From a virus (lineage: Duplodnaviria; Caudoviricetes), in the IMG/VR virus record IMGVR_UViG_3300037478_000061, positions 1-31,414 of that record: a stretch of 31,414 bases of DNA. One strand, written 5' to 3'. This document shows, one piece after another, positions 1 through 9,849 of this stretch; position 1 is the stretch's first letter, and every line of letters begins with the position of its first letter. The position numbers and the translations under genes were made by a program. The notes under the pieces are model-generated. The model saw nothing but the letters and a program-made list of their open reading frames with translations. It made no database searches and was not told the DNA's origin.

Positions 1-17
1 TTGGTGAAGCCCTGCAC

Positions 18-710
18 CTAGTACTTCGGGTACGATTGCAGCAGCATGGCAACGAGCGCTGTGCCTGTGCTCGTGAAGCTGACACTGCGATTGGCTTGCG
101 TCACCGTTGGATGATCCCAGCCCCAGCTTCTCCTGTGGCTTCCCTGCGTGTCTTCGCCCCGTTCCGTCAGGTTGGTCCACGTGATGTTGTTCGTGTTGCT
201 CTTGCATGCCCCGCCGAAGAGGATTCCATTGGCGATAGTGTCGATGTTGAGCGTCTTGCCGGTGCCGCTTTGTTGAACGTTCGGCAGTTCCGCGGTATCA
301 TGCAGCGTCGTCAGGTTAAAGCCGACCACGCGCAGCATCACCAATGACAGCGCTGGTCTGGCCGCGGTTGCCCAAGTGAGTGCGACTGACCCGCTCGATA
401 CTCCAGGCTGGGCGCGCGCTATGCAGATGCCAGCCGCCACGCCAGAGCCATTTCCGGTGTTGTCGAATTCAAACGCCGCAACCTCACCACCGATAGTTAC
501 CCCGGTAACGGTAGCCTGATTGGTGACATTGAAATGGTGAAATATCGCGACGCTCCATACCTGTGGTCCCGGAGAGCCGAATGCAACCGAGGAAAACGTG
601 TTTGGAGAACTGCCAGATCCTTGCGAGTTGCGAATGTCGGTCTGCTCGACGTTCTGTACCGCCGCCCCGGAAATCGCGCCGAGAAGTGCTTGCTGACTGA
701 CTGATGCCAT
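18..710 (-). CDS. Putative tail-fibre-associated/receptor-binding structural protein
   Basis: 230 aa, Ser/Thr/Gly/Asn-rich, beta-strand-like; start overlaps the tail fibre stop (TGATG coupling). Confidence 0.55.
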   Translation of the reverse strand: MASVSQQALLGAISGAAVQNVEQTDIRNSQGSGSSPNTFSSVAFGSPGPQVWSVAIFHHFNVTNQATVTGVTIGGEVAAFEFDNTGNGSGVAAGICIARAQPGVSSGSVALTWATAARPALSLVMLRVVGFNLTTLHDTAELPNVQQSGTGKTLNIDTIANGILFGGACKSNTNNITWTNLTERGEDTQGSHRRSWGWDHPTVTQANRSVSFTSTGTALVAMLLQSYPKY

Positions 711-1924
711 CAGGTCAGACCCGTCCCGTTGATGCGCCAGCGTGTGGCCGTGACCTTGATTGCGGTGGCCTGCCCACCGGATGCAAGCGTGCGGCTTCCT
801 GTGCCACCACCCGTTCCGACAAGCACCAGCGTATCTGTCGTGATCGCGATCGTGATCGCCCCGGCGCCGAAATCATTGTCGAAGGTGACAGCCGTCCCGA
901 TTGGGAAGGCAACGGAAGCGTTTGCTGGAATGGTCCAGACGCGCGCCGTAGTGTCGGCGGCCGGGTGATAGATGTGCTTGCCGCCATCGGTCAGGACGAG
1001 CGTGTAAGCCGCGCTCTTGCTGTTCTGCCGGATGAGCGAGGACAGTTGCGCGTCGAAGGCCTGGACATCGGTCCCTATGGTAAGCCCGAGCGCATCGCGC
1101 GCGTCTGATGCTGTGCCCGAACCAGTGCCGCCGTCTGCAACCGCGATGACGGCCGCGCTGTCCTCCAATAGCGTTCCGGACGTGCCGTCAAATCTGGCAA
1201 AGCCGTTGTTCGTGGAAGACGCCGGGCCGATGACATCGCCTGTTCCCGCGCCTGCCGCGCCTTCCTGTCCTTCCGGAAGCGCAAAATCGAGGATCACATT
1301 TCCAGGCGTTCCCACGTTGTTGACCGTGGCTGGCGAGCCGGCCGGAAGCGTCGTGACCGTGCCGATCGAGAGAACGCTATAGTCCTCCAGAAGGGTTTCG
1401 ACATCGGCGAGGCTTTCCGCCGCCGCAGTGGCCGAAGCGCCAGCCGCCTCGACTGACGGGGCAACAGCCGCCTCTGCCGCCGCCACGATATCGGCAAGGA
1501 TGCCGTCGGTTGCCGCAGTCACATCGGAAATGATATCGTCGGAGAGGTAGAACGTAACAGTGATGTCATCCGTCCCTATGACCGGGGCATCGCTCTGGAA
1601 GGAATACACCTTTCCGGCGTTCGTGGCGCCGGCCTGCACATGGACCGTCGTTCCCTTCTGCATCGTCCGCGCCGTGCGGGAATCTGCTGCGCGATACCAA
1701 TAGCCCTCGGATGCCGTGTAGATGCCGTTCAACGTGGCGTTGGTCTGGTCCTTCACCAGCACCCGGTCACCGACCTCGGTCTGCACGCCGTCTATGGTTT
1801 GCAGGCCATACATCAACCACTGTCCGCTCACCTTGACGGTTGGCAAGTTCGCAGTGGTGGCGAGGCGAACGGGCTCGCGCTCCCCTGTCAGCAAGCGAAC
1901 AGAAGCGGTAACGGGTCGGGCCAT
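710..1924 (-). CDS. Tail fibre protein
   Basis: N-terminal phage anchor motif VRLATTANL..GLQTIDGV..GDRVLVKDQT..NGIY, Ala-rich stalk, GDVIGPASSTNNGFARFDGTSG segment and C-terminal AYTLVLTD..TIPANASVAFPIGT module; GGAG RBS; follows the ejection genes. Confidence 0.8.
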   Translation of the reverse strand: MARPVTASVRLLTGEREPVRLATTANLPTVKVSGQWLMYGLQTIDGVQTEVGDRVLVKDQTNATLNGIYTASEGYWYRAADSRTARTMQKGTTVHVQAGATNAGKVYSFQSDAPVIGTDDITVTFYLSDDIISDVTAATDGILADIVAAAEAAVAPSVEAAGASATAAAESLADVETLLEDYSVLSIGTVTTLPAGSPATVNNVGTPGNVILDFALPEGQEGAAGAGTGDVIGPASSTNNGFARFDGTSGTLLEDSAAVIAVADGGTGSGTASDARDALGLTIGTDVQAFDAQLSSLIRQNSKSAAYTLVLTDGGKHIYHPAADTTARVWTIPANASVAFPIGTAVTFDNDFGAGAITIAITTDTLVLVGTGGGTGSRTLASGGQATAIKVTATRWRINGTGLT

Positions 1925-1938
1925 AAGGCTCTCCGGAC

Positions 1939-1967
1939 TTGAAAGGTCGTTGGTTTTGCGATTTAGT
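1939..1967 (+). promoter_or_regulatory. Putative sigma70-type promoter of the moron gene
   Basis: TTGAAA-17 nt-TTTAGT ending 8 nt before ATG 1976; no SD, so possibly a leaderless mRNA. Confidence 0.4.
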
Positions 1968-1975
1968 GCGCGCCG

Positions 1976-2224
1976 ATGTCAGCCAACACTCTGGAATTTC
2001 TAACGTTCATCGCATTCGTGGTTCTGTGGTCCGCCGGTGGCGGGCTTATGATCAAAACCGGCATCTATCCGATTGCCATCTCTGTCGTCTGGTTTCTCGG
2101 CTTCGTCTGGGGCGTCGGCGTCATTGTCTCGGGAGTGCAGGTTGCCGATCGCTTCGTGTTGATCTGGCTTGTTCCCTACGCCGTGCTAGGCGGTCTGACG
2201 CTGCTTGCCTCACTGATTTTCTAA
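1976..2224 (+). CDS. Small membrane protein (about 3 TM segments), moron-like
   Basis: 82 aa, almost wholly hydrophobic; fills the gap between two late genes in the opposite orientation; its stop overlaps the convergent stop at 2221-2223. Confidence 0.7.
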   Translation: MSANTLEFLTFIAFVVLWSAGGGLMIKTGIYPIAISVVWFLGFVWGVGVIVSGVQVADRFVLIWLVPYAVLGGLTLLASLIF

Positions 2225-4758
2225 AAAGCTCCGAATGGATCGAGAGGCTTCGGCGCGATGTTGCTCTGCCCCATTTCCTTCCGGCGCCTGCCCTCAACAC
2301 GTCTCGTATAACCTGGAGAAGCCGCTTCCTTCATCGACTTGAGGAATAGATAGTCCACTGCCGGTCTGACATAGAACAGGTTTGCGAACGGCGTGTTCTG
2401 CGTTGCGAAGTTCAGCCAGTCGGCGGCCTTGACCTGTTCATCGCCGCTCAGCCCAGCATCCCTCGCCTTCAGCACGAGCTTGACGAAATCTGCCGCCGTT
2501 CCGATACCTGGACCGGCTACGGTTTCAAGCGGCCCGCTACCGAAGCGGTTGACCTGGCTGAACAGATAATCGCCATAGATACCCATCGCGCCACCCTGCA
2601 CGAAGGCAGCCGCCCAAGTCTTGGGATCGGTGGGATCGCGCGGTGGCCATTGTCCTCTAGCCAAGTCCTTCATGGTCATGGCGGCGTAACCGGCCATCGT
2701 CAACCCGCCGAGAATCGTTCCGATGTGGGCGGCCTGTTCTGCCCTTGCGCCCTCGCGGAAACCGAAAGCGGCGCGGCCAAGAATCCGCTCACCGAAAGCG
2801 ATCGGGAAGCCCTTGAACTGCATCACGAAGCGGATGGATTCGCCGGCAAGCGTTCCGGGTCGCGTACCCCATGTCGTTGTGCGACGGGAACGGGCATCCG
2901 TCACGATGACGCCATACGATGTTTCATCCGCGAAGAAGCGAAGCACAGACATTTCCAGATCGCGCCGGGCGTCGTCGGCATTCCGGCCAAGCCCCGCGAC
3001 GGCCTCATCGGGAAGATCCCGGATGCGATCCGGCGTGATGTAGGACTTGCCGTTGGACTCGCGGAGTTCGGCTTTCCGAATTGCCTCCCATTTCGCTTCG
3101 GTGATACCGTGCAGGCCAAGCACATGCTTGTAGTTGGCCGGCAATTTGGCGAAAGCGGTCTTGGCGCGCATGCCCATCTCGGCCGAGATCATGCGCCCGG
3201 CCGCGGCGCGCTGGCCATCCGTCCATCCTGTCAGACCGTTCCAGCGGAAGAACTTTTCCTGAAGCTTCGACATAACCCCTACCGGGCCATCGATGGCTGC
3301 CGCCGGGGCGACGATGTTGCCGATCAGGCCGTCGAACCCCTCGCCAATCAGGTAGGAGATTTCGGCGACCTCGCCTTTTGACCTAGTGAGGCGCATGCCT
3401 TCGATCTGGGCAACGAACCCCTTGAAGAACCCGCTGCCGCGAAACTGTGAGGCAATCCCGCCCGTCACCGTATCCAGCGCCGATGAGAACAGCGCACCGC
3501 CCAGCTTTGCCATCGATTGCGTAGCGCGGATGTCGCCGCCGATCTTGGCGCCTGTCACGCTCACCGGACGTGAGATCATGCCAGTCGAAATGTCCAGCGC
3601 ATGGCGCATGGCGCCGCCGTCCAGCCTTAGCGATTGCGTCTGCTTTGCCTTGATCTCGGGTGAGAGTTTCGGGTCATCCGAAATCTTCCTCGCCAGCCCG
3701 TCGACCAGCGACGTGAACATGGCTTCCGGATTGGGGCCGAGGGTTTCCATGCTTGCCGCCATCCGGGCGGAATTGCGCAGATGTGCAGCCATGCCGGAGA
3801 TCGTGTTGCCATAGCCGAATTCATCGCGATAGGACAATGCCGCTTCCGCATCCCTGAAATGCAGGACACGCGATTTGCCGAGCGACTTCGCCATATTGGC
3901 CGGACCGACGCGCTGACCCAATTCGCCAGCCGTAGGCTTGTTCGGCATACCGGTGATGATCGTATCGTAGATATCGCCAAGCACACTCTTGAGTTCGTCG
4001 ACAGACGCGATGTCAGGGAACGTTCGGGCCGTGTCGAGACGAGGCATGATGCGATCGACCCACGTCGCCTTGCCTGCCGCGATCATCTTCATGTCGTCAT
4101 GCGACTGATGGCCTGCCCAGCCGTCCAGCTTGCCGATCGACGCGCCAAGCCTGTTCAGATCTGTGCGGCTCAACTCGGCATACTTGGCAAACAGCTTTGC
4201 GGCGTACTGCGCATCGGCGTTGCCGGTTACCCCCGGCCTCCCACCTTCCTTAAGTTCAGCCATCTCGCGAAGAATGTCGCCATCGAAACGCTGATCGCTC
4301 AGCATGTCGACGATGTGCGGACGTTCAGCCTGCATCTCGCCAAGCATGCCGCCAAGATAGCGGCTTTCGTAGGCCATTTTCAGCGCAGAGACCGAGTTGC
4401 GCCCACCCTCGACGCCCTTTTGCGTGCCTTCGAGAACGGCGAGCAAGGCTTTCTTCGGCGACATGCCGGCCTTGATGAAACCATCAACCGTCGTATCGAG
4501 ACGGTCGCGGGCAAGGATGTTCAGCGCCGCATGGCGCTTTTGCATGGCGGCCGCGATCTTGGTGCGCTCGGCCTCACGTTCGGCGAAGGCCTTTAGCTTG
4601 TCGCCAAGATTGGCGATGTCGCCGCTGGTCTGTAGGCTGGCCTTGTGCTCGGCCACGCGCTGGAAAGCTGCCTCGATGTCCTCGCGGCTGAGCTTTTCGC
4701 CCGATGCAGCACGTGCTGCGGCGAGGCAGTCGGCGCCGATCTTGTAGCGGATTTTCAC
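2221..4758 (-). CDS. Large internal virion (DNA ejection) protein
   Basis: About 845 aa, Ala/Gly-rich and helical, last of the internal-protein cluster before the tail fibre. Start moved to GTG 4758 (GTGA overlap with the upstream stop). Confidence 0.75.
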   Translation of the reverse strand: MKIRYKIGADCLAAARAASGEKLSREDIEAAFQRVAEHKASLQTSGDIANLGDKLKAFAEREAERTKIAAAMQKRHAALNILARDRLDTTVDGFIKAGMSPKKALLAVLEGTQKGVEGGRNSVSALKMAYESRYLGGMLGEMQAERPHIVDMLSDQRFDGDILREMAELKEGGRPGVTGNADAQYAAKLFAKYAELSRTDLNRLGASIGKLDGWAGHQSHDDMKMIAAGKATWVDRIMPRLDTARTFPDIASVDELKSVLGDIYDTIITGMPNKPTAGELGQRVGPANMAKSLGKSRVLHFRDAEAALSYRDEFGYGNTISGMAAHLRNSARMAASMETLGPNPEAMFTSLVDGLARKISDDPKLSPEIKAKQTQSLRLDGGAMRHALDISTGMISRPVSVTGAKIGGDIRATQSMAKLGGALFSSALDTVTGGIASQFRGSGFFKGFVAQIEGMRLTRSKGEVAEISYLIGEGFDGLIGNIVAPAAAIDGPVGVMSKLQEKFFRWNGLTGWTDGQRAAAGRMISAEMGMRAKTAFAKLPANYKHVLGLHGITEAKWEAIRKAELRESNGKSYITPDRIRDLPDEAVAGLGRNADDARRDLEMSVLRFFADETSYGVIVTDARSRRTTTWGTRPGTLAGESIRFVMQFKGFPIAFGERILGRAAFGFREGARAEQAAHIGTILGGLTMAGYAAMTMKDLARGQWPPRDPTDPKTWAAAFVQGGAMGIYGDYLFSQVNRFGSGPLETVAGPGIGTAADFVKLVLKARDAGLSGDEQVKAADWLNFATQNTPFANLFYVRPAVDYLFLKSMKEAASPGYTRRVEGRRRKEMGQSNIAPKPLDPFGAF

Positions 4759-6491
4759 AGCATGCACCCCGCTACACTCTTCAGCGCTTCGGCATAGGCC
4801 GCGCCGGTTTCAAAGTCGGCCTGCGCTTGCGCCATGGTCTCTGCATCCTGTCCGGTGAAGCGGCCTTCTGCGGCAAGTTGCTTGATGTCGGCTTCCTCCT
4901 GAAAGGCTCCGGTTTCCGGATCGACGCGGTATTGAGTGGCAAGCGCCTTGCTATCATCTGACTTTGCGATGGCGGCTTCGGCCTTTTTGATGCCTTCGGG
5001 TACGGGCTCTGGACGAGCGGTGCTGGTGTCGATGGACGACCTGTTCCGAAGACTGCTTACCGCGTCGAGTTTAGAAGCGATGGCGTCTGCCTCGCGCCGC
5101 ACCTTGGAGAATTCTTGCCGCGCCGCCGCCAGTGCTGATCGCGCCTGCTTGGCCTGCTTCTGCGGCTTGATGCGAAAATCGCTCTCGGCACTGGCGACCT
5201 GATCCGGCCCCAAGCTTTCGACGATGGTGTCGCGTTCAGATTCCAACTCGGCTGCCCGTCTTGCCGATGGTTTCTTGGCAAGCTCGGCCTCGATCGCGCG
5301 AACCCGCTCGGCCGATGGTTGATCTATCAAAGCAACGGCATCGGACTGCTTCCTTGCTGCTAACTGCTCTTCTATGGCGGCAACCTTGTCCTGCGCCGCA
5401 TTGAATTTCTCTTCGGCGGCGCGAAAGCGAGCCGCTAAATCCGGGTCTGTCGCCAACACTTCGCCGCGCATGGCTGTTTCGAAATCCGCGATATGCGCTG
5501 CGCGATTGTCGATCACGCGGCCAACAGCGGTTGATCTGTACAAGTCTTGCCGTTCGAGCGGAGCGAACAAATCCGGTGAGCGCGTCGGGTTGATTTGTTC
5601 CGCCACGCGCGCCATCGGATCTGTCGCGTTCGGCGAAAGCCTGACATCCTCGCCCCGGACAATGGCATCGATGCCTTCATTCAGCGCTATGCGGGCTTCC
5701 TGCGTGGTGCGGAGCGTCGAGAGGCTCTGTTCCGTCTCCGCAACCAGCCGCGCGTCCCTGCGCCTTCCTACGGCTCCTACGATGGTACCGAAGGCGCCGC
5801 CGATCAAAGCAGCGGTGGCGATCTGCGAGACCGTTGTTTCCCATGAAACATCGTCGCCGAACTTCGCGCGCTCACCAGCAGTTCCGATGCCGAAGACAGC
5901 GGTGTTTGCCGCCGCATCCAGCGACGATGCCGCTGCAACGCCGCCGACCTTGCCGAACCGCGCAAGCGCAGCAGCCTTGACCGCTGGTCCGGCGATCGGA
6001 ATATAGTTGATCGGATCAACCGCTTGGCCGGCGAGATTGCCAAAGAATGCTGAGATCGGGCGCTTTTGCGCGTAGAACTCGCGGACCCTCTTGGCGTCGT
6101 ACATCGTCGCCAGCGCCGCTGCGCGGGCTTCCGTCATGCCGGCATCCCACGGGACATCATCACGGAACCATGCCGAGGCCTTGTATGCGTCCGCGTCTAG
6201 CGCGCCCATATCGGCCCGGCGAGCCTCAAGTTCCTCCGGACGCTCCCGGCGGGCGTTCAGAAAGTTGCGGCCCCCCGGTTCAGTGGTTATTCCTGGAACG
6301 GTCGGTGCTTCCTCCGGCAACTGGGCTTCGCGAATGGCTGTTCCAAGTCCAAAACTCTCAAGCACACCGCCCTTGGCCTGATCCAGCAGCGTCGAGGTGA
6401 TGCTCAACGGCTGCTCCATAGCCGCGTCGAACATCTCCTGTCGGCTGGCGGCGCGATAGTTCGGAGACCACATCGAATAGACGCCGGTCAT
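4755..6491 (-). CDS. Internal virion (ejection) protein with hydrophobic Gly/Ala segments and a coiled coil
   Basis: 578 aa; GNLAGQAVDPINYIP motif and ALIGGAFGTIVGAVG hydrophobic stretch; ATGA coupling to the upstream gene. Confidence 0.7.
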   Translation of the reverse strand: MTGVYSMWSPNYRAASRQEMFDAAMEQPLSITSTLLDQAKGGVLESFGLGTAIREAQLPEEAPTVPGITTEPGGRNFLNARRERPEELEARRADMGALDADAYKASAWFRDDVPWDAGMTEARAAALATMYDAKRVREFYAQKRPISAFFGNLAGQAVDPINYIPIAGPAVKAAALARFGKVGGVAAASSLDAAANTAVFGIGTAGERAKFGDDVSWETTVSQIATAALIGGAFGTIVGAVGRRRDARLVAETEQSLSTLRTTQEARIALNEGIDAIVRGEDVRLSPNATDPMARVAEQINPTRSPDLFAPLERQDLYRSTAVGRVIDNRAAHIADFETAMRGEVLATDPDLAARFRAAEEKFNAAQDKVAAIEEQLAARKQSDAVALIDQPSAERVRAIEAELAKKPSARRAAELESERDTIVESLGPDQVASAESDFRIKPQKQAKQARSALAAARQEFSKVRREADAIASKLDAVSSLRNRSSIDTSTARPEPVPEGIKKAEAAIAKSDDSKALATQYRVDPETGAFQEEADIKQLAAEGRFTGQDAETMAQAQADFETGAAYAEALKSVAGCML

Positions 6492-9157
6492 TGCGGCGTG
6501 CCCATGCGGCGTTGGAACTCGTCAAAGTCCTGATCGGTCAGGGGCTTGGAACGGTCATCCTGCGGTTCGACCAAACCCGCTTCCGGGATATTGAAGATAA
6601 GCGGCTTGCCATCCGGACCAGCAATCGCAGCCCCGACATAGGGATCGATGAACACATAGCCATCGCCGGAATTGCGGAAGTAGCCTTCGGACATGATGTT
6701 TTCGGCGTGGGCCTTGGTCGTGGCGTCGAGAATAGCCCTGGTCCCATCGGCCGCTTTGGCTTCCGTCGGCACGGCCAGCGCCGTTGCCAGTGCTGTTCTC
6801 ACCTCGGGCATCAGGGCGCGAAGCCCATCGACAACCTCGCCGGCATCCTGGTCCTTCGGGACAAGGATCTTCGCATTGGTGGTATCCACCGCTTGCACGT
6901 CGCCATAAAGGTCTTTCGAAACACCCTCGATAGCCTGGTCAAGCGTCTCGCCATTGCGAAGTCGAAGGTTGACGGAATTGTTGATCAGCTTCGAATCACG
7001 CTGGGCGCGGGTGAAATTCTCAGCCGTCCCATCACTCAACCCATAGTAGATATCGCCGATCTGGCCGTCCTCCATGATCGCGCCCTGCACGGCTTCGTCG
7101 ATGTTGGCCGGCTTGATACCGTTCGGCAACGTGCCGGCGAGCTTCGCGGGGTCGACCATGGCGGCCTGAAACAGACGGTTCGCCGCGCCTTCATCGCCTC
7201 GGGACAGCGCCTCGAACGCGCCCTCCGTAGCGTCCGGGAGGCCGGCGTCGACCATCTGATTGAACAGGGCCTTGCGCTGTTCCGGGTCGGGCGTGGCCAT
7301 GAGGATGGCGGACACTTCAGCTATGCGGCTTTCCTGCGGCTTGCTCTCATTCTTGAAGGACTCGACGGCAGAGGCCGCAAACTCTTTCGGAAGCGGCTGG
7401 ACATTCCTGATACCGAGCTGTTGCTGTGCCGCGATCGAGGCGGCAACCGCGCTCTGGTAGTTGCCTTGGGATTGGGCGTTGTTCCACTGCTCATTGACGC
7501 TCGGGAACACCTGCCGGACATAGGATGCCGGGTCAGCCTCTCTCGCCTTCAAAGTCGCGGCGGCGGCATTCGAGATGACTTCATAGCGCTTCTGATCCAG
7601 AGCCGCTGTTTCGCCCGTCGATGTCGGCTGCGCTTTCTTGACCATCTCCTGGATTGTCGATTCCGGCATGGTCTTCATGTCGAAAGCCTGCCGGCTGGTA
7701 TCGATAGACGCCTGGAACTGATCAAAGCGCTGGCCGCCCTCGCCTTCGCCATAGGCGGCAACGAACTGCTCGCGGCCGGGGATGTTGCCGGAATAGGTTC
7801 CGGTGTTCTGGATGGCGGCGGGCGCGTTTGTGGTGGCAACCTCGATGCCTGTGCGCATCTCGACGCGCTGGCCTGCGGCAGCGGAATCCGCCTGATTGGC
7901 GAGCGACCACCGATCCTCCGGCGACAGTCCTGCAAGGCGTGGGTCGACTGGCGCAGAAGCGACACCGGAAGCCCCGCCCATCTTCTTGTTTGACCATGCG
8001 ATTGTGTCTGCAACGCTCTTGCCGGCAAGAAACGGGTTCGCGGTGATGGCATCCTGCCCGACAATGCTGCCGATCGAAGCACCAGGATCGGCCTTGAGAA
8101 CCCGAACCGCACCGCCGGCGCCAAGGAAGTGGGCAAGGTAGATGTTGCCGGGAGTAGTCGCAACACCGCGATTGGTCAGGTATTCGGCGTTGTCCTGAGT
8201 GAACGCCTTGGTCATCTCCCTTGCAAGCGCGGGGTCTGTCTTCAGTGCGATGATCTGCGCGGCGCTCTTGCCTGCCGCGATGTCTGGCCGATGCTTCTTG
8301 ATTGTCGCCAGCCATGTCGAATCAATGAACTGACCAAGGCCGGCCGCCGACGATTTGGGGTTTTTCGCCGAAGCGTTTCCGCCGCTCTCGACGCCGATGA
8401 TCTTGTTGACGACGGTATCGATTGCCGTGCCGCCAGTCGTCGCAGCTTCGGAAGGCGCCATGCCAAGCATCGACCGAAGCTTGCCGGGGTCGCGCGTCAT
8501 GATCGCCTGAGCCAGCGCCTTGGGTGCCGTTTGGTCCCACTTGTCAAGCGCCACCTGCTTCAGCAGCGGCTTCATCGGGCTTGCTTCGATCGCCTCGCGG
8601 CCCTTGGCCTTGTACTCCTCATAGGAGGCGCTATCGTCAGGGTCCATCTGCAGAATGGAATTGAGCAGCCCATCCTGGATTTTGGCTGTCTCGACCTTGG
8701 CGTATTCCTGTTCTTGAGAGGACTGCACCGCAGCGGCATTGCCGGACATCTTGAGCCGCTTGGCGCCGAGGTTCGCATCGAAATGCTCCCGCTGGCTCGC
8801 GGGTACGCGATCACGGAATTGCTGCGCCAGATTGTCGAACAGGCCAGGCTTTGCCACCTGTCCGGTTGTCGGGTCGATCTGACCGACAATGCCGTCGTGA
8901 ATGCCGGAACCGTCAGCCGGTGCGTTTCTGGCGAATTCCTCGGACTGGTTTTGCACAGCCTGGTCGTATTCGTTTTCAAGCGTGATGCGCTTGAACTTGT
9001 CCATCTCCTCTTGCTTGGCCTGGAAGCGAACGGCAACGGCCTGCAATTCGTCGCCGGCACTTTCCAGCGCGGACCCGATAGGCGAGCCTGTCGGATAGGA
9101 AACGACGCTTCCGGTGTCGAGCGAGCGACTGGCGACGGCCAATGGAATCCGAGCCAC
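6488..9157 (-). CDS. Internal virion protein with a lytic transglycosylase (SLT/lysozyme-like) domain
   Basis: IIGVESGG (catalytic Glu), AAGLGQFIDSTW and YLAHFLGAGG motifs. Start re-assigned to GTG 9157 (MARIPL..) with GGAGGG RBS 7 nt upstream. Confidence 0.82.
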   Translation of the reverse strand: MARIPLAVASRSLDTGSVVSYPTGSPIGSALESAGDELQAVAVRFQAKQEEMDKFKRITLENEYDQAVQNQSEEFARNAPADGSGIHDGIVGQIDPTTGQVAKPGLFDNLAQQFRDRVPASQREHFDANLGAKRLKMSGNAAAVQSSQEQEYAKVETAKIQDGLLNSILQMDPDDSASYEEYKAKGREAIEASPMKPLLKQVALDKWDQTAPKALAQAIMTRDPGKLRSMLGMAPSEAATTGGTAIDTVVNKIIGVESGGNASAKNPKSSAAGLGQFIDSTWLATIKKHRPDIAAGKSAAQIIALKTDPALAREMTKAFTQDNAEYLTNRGVATTPGNIYLAHFLGAGGAVRVLKADPGASIGSIVGQDAITANPFLAGKSVADTIAWSNKKMGGASGVASAPVDPRLAGLSPEDRWSLANQADSAAAGQRVEMRTGIEVATTNAPAAIQNTGTYSGNIPGREQFVAAYGEGEGGQRFDQFQASIDTSRQAFDMKTMPESTIQEMVKKAQPTSTGETAALDQKRYEVISNAAAATLKAREADPASYVRQVFPSVNEQWNNAQSQGNYQSAVAASIAAQQQLGIRNVQPLPKEFAASAVESFKNESKPQESRIAEVSAILMATPDPEQRKALFNQMVDAGLPDATEGAFEALSRGDEGAANRLFQAAMVDPAKLAGTLPNGIKPANIDEAVQGAIMEDGQIGDIYYGLSDGTAENFTRAQRDSKLINNSVNLRLRNGETLDQAIEGVSKDLYGDVQAVDTTNAKILVPKDQDAGEVVDGLRALMPEVRTALATALAVPTEAKAADGTRAILDATTKAHAENIMSEGYFRNSGDGYVFIDPYVGAAIAGPDGKPLIFNIPEAGLVEPQDDRSKPLTDQDFDEFQRRMGTPQ

Positions 9158-9172
9158 GCTTATGCCCTCCCG

Positions 9173-9201
9173 TTGCAAATAACCGGATTTTCTGGCATAG
9201 C
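9173..9201 (+). promoter_or_regulatory. Putative promoter of the HNH cassette
   Basis: TTGCAA-17 nt-CATAGC immediately before a structured leader. Confidence 0.4.
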
Positions 9202-9205
9202 AAGC

Positions 9206-9240
9206 GGGCCGATCCGGTGTTGGAAGCACCTCGTCGGCCC
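9206..9240 (+). ncRNA. Structured 5' leader hairpin upstream of the HNH gene
   Basis: GGGCCGA/TCGGCCC outer stem, 3x3 internal loop, GGTGT/GCACC inner stem closing a UGGAA loop; the U-G pair forms only on the + strand. Confidence 0.5.
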
Positions 9241-9270
9241 TGACCAGACCAACCTGTTTCGGAGGCTGAA

Positions 9271-9849
9271 ATGGCTACCAAACCAATATGCAAGATCGAC
9301 GGATGCGGCAAGCCACACTTTGGGCGCGGCTGGTGCAATGCGCATTACGAGCGTTGGCGGCGTCATGGAGATCCGTTTGGCGGGAGTACGCGCGCGCCAG
9401 ATGGCGAACCAGAGCGCTATTTTCGAGAAGTCGTCCTCACATATGAGGGCGACGAGTGTCTGCCATGGCCGTATGCAAAGAACGAACATGGGTATGGTAG
9501 GATGAATGGTTGTCTTGTCTCCCGCCGCGTCTGCGAAGAAACCAAAGGACCGCCGCCGACTCCAGCGCACGAGGCTGCTCACAGTTGCGGGAAAGGACAT
9601 TTGGCCTGTGTCACGAAGGGACATCTGTCGTGGAAAACGCACGCCGAAAACCAGACTGACAAACTCATTCATGGCACAGACAATCGTGGCCAAAAGCATA
9701 TGATGGTGAAACTGACCGAAGATGATGTCCGTGAAATCCGCGCGTTGCGAGGCACCATGCTCCAGCGTGAGATCGCCAGACAGTTCGGCATCTCGCAACA
9801 GAGCGTTGGAGACATATTCAGGCGGGCAACATGGGGTTGGCTTGAGTAG
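9271..9849 (+). CDS. HNH (His-Me finger) homing endonuclease with N-terminal Zn-finger and C-terminal HTH
   Basis: CxxxGC..RGWCxxHY N-terminus; AAHSCGxGHxxCVxxxHLxWxTxxEN..D core; KLTEDDVREIR..QREIARQFGISQQSV HTH; GGAGG RBS. Confidence 0.88.
   Translation: MATKPICKIDGCGKPHFGRGWCNAHYERWRRHGDPFGGSTRAPDGEPERYFREVVLTYEGDECLPWPYAKNEHGYGRMNGCLVSRRVCEETKGPPPTPAHEAAHSCGKGHLACVTKGHLSWKTHAENQTDKLIHGTDNRGQKHMMVKLTEDDVREIRALRGTMLQREIARQFGISQQSVGDIFRRATWGWLE

Noticed and set aside
1-1924. Diversity-generating retroelement or invertible tail-fibre cassette (suggested by the BPP-1-like head genes)
   Set aside because: No reverse transcriptase, invertase or TR/VR repeat pair seen in this window; sequence beyond position 1 is not visible.
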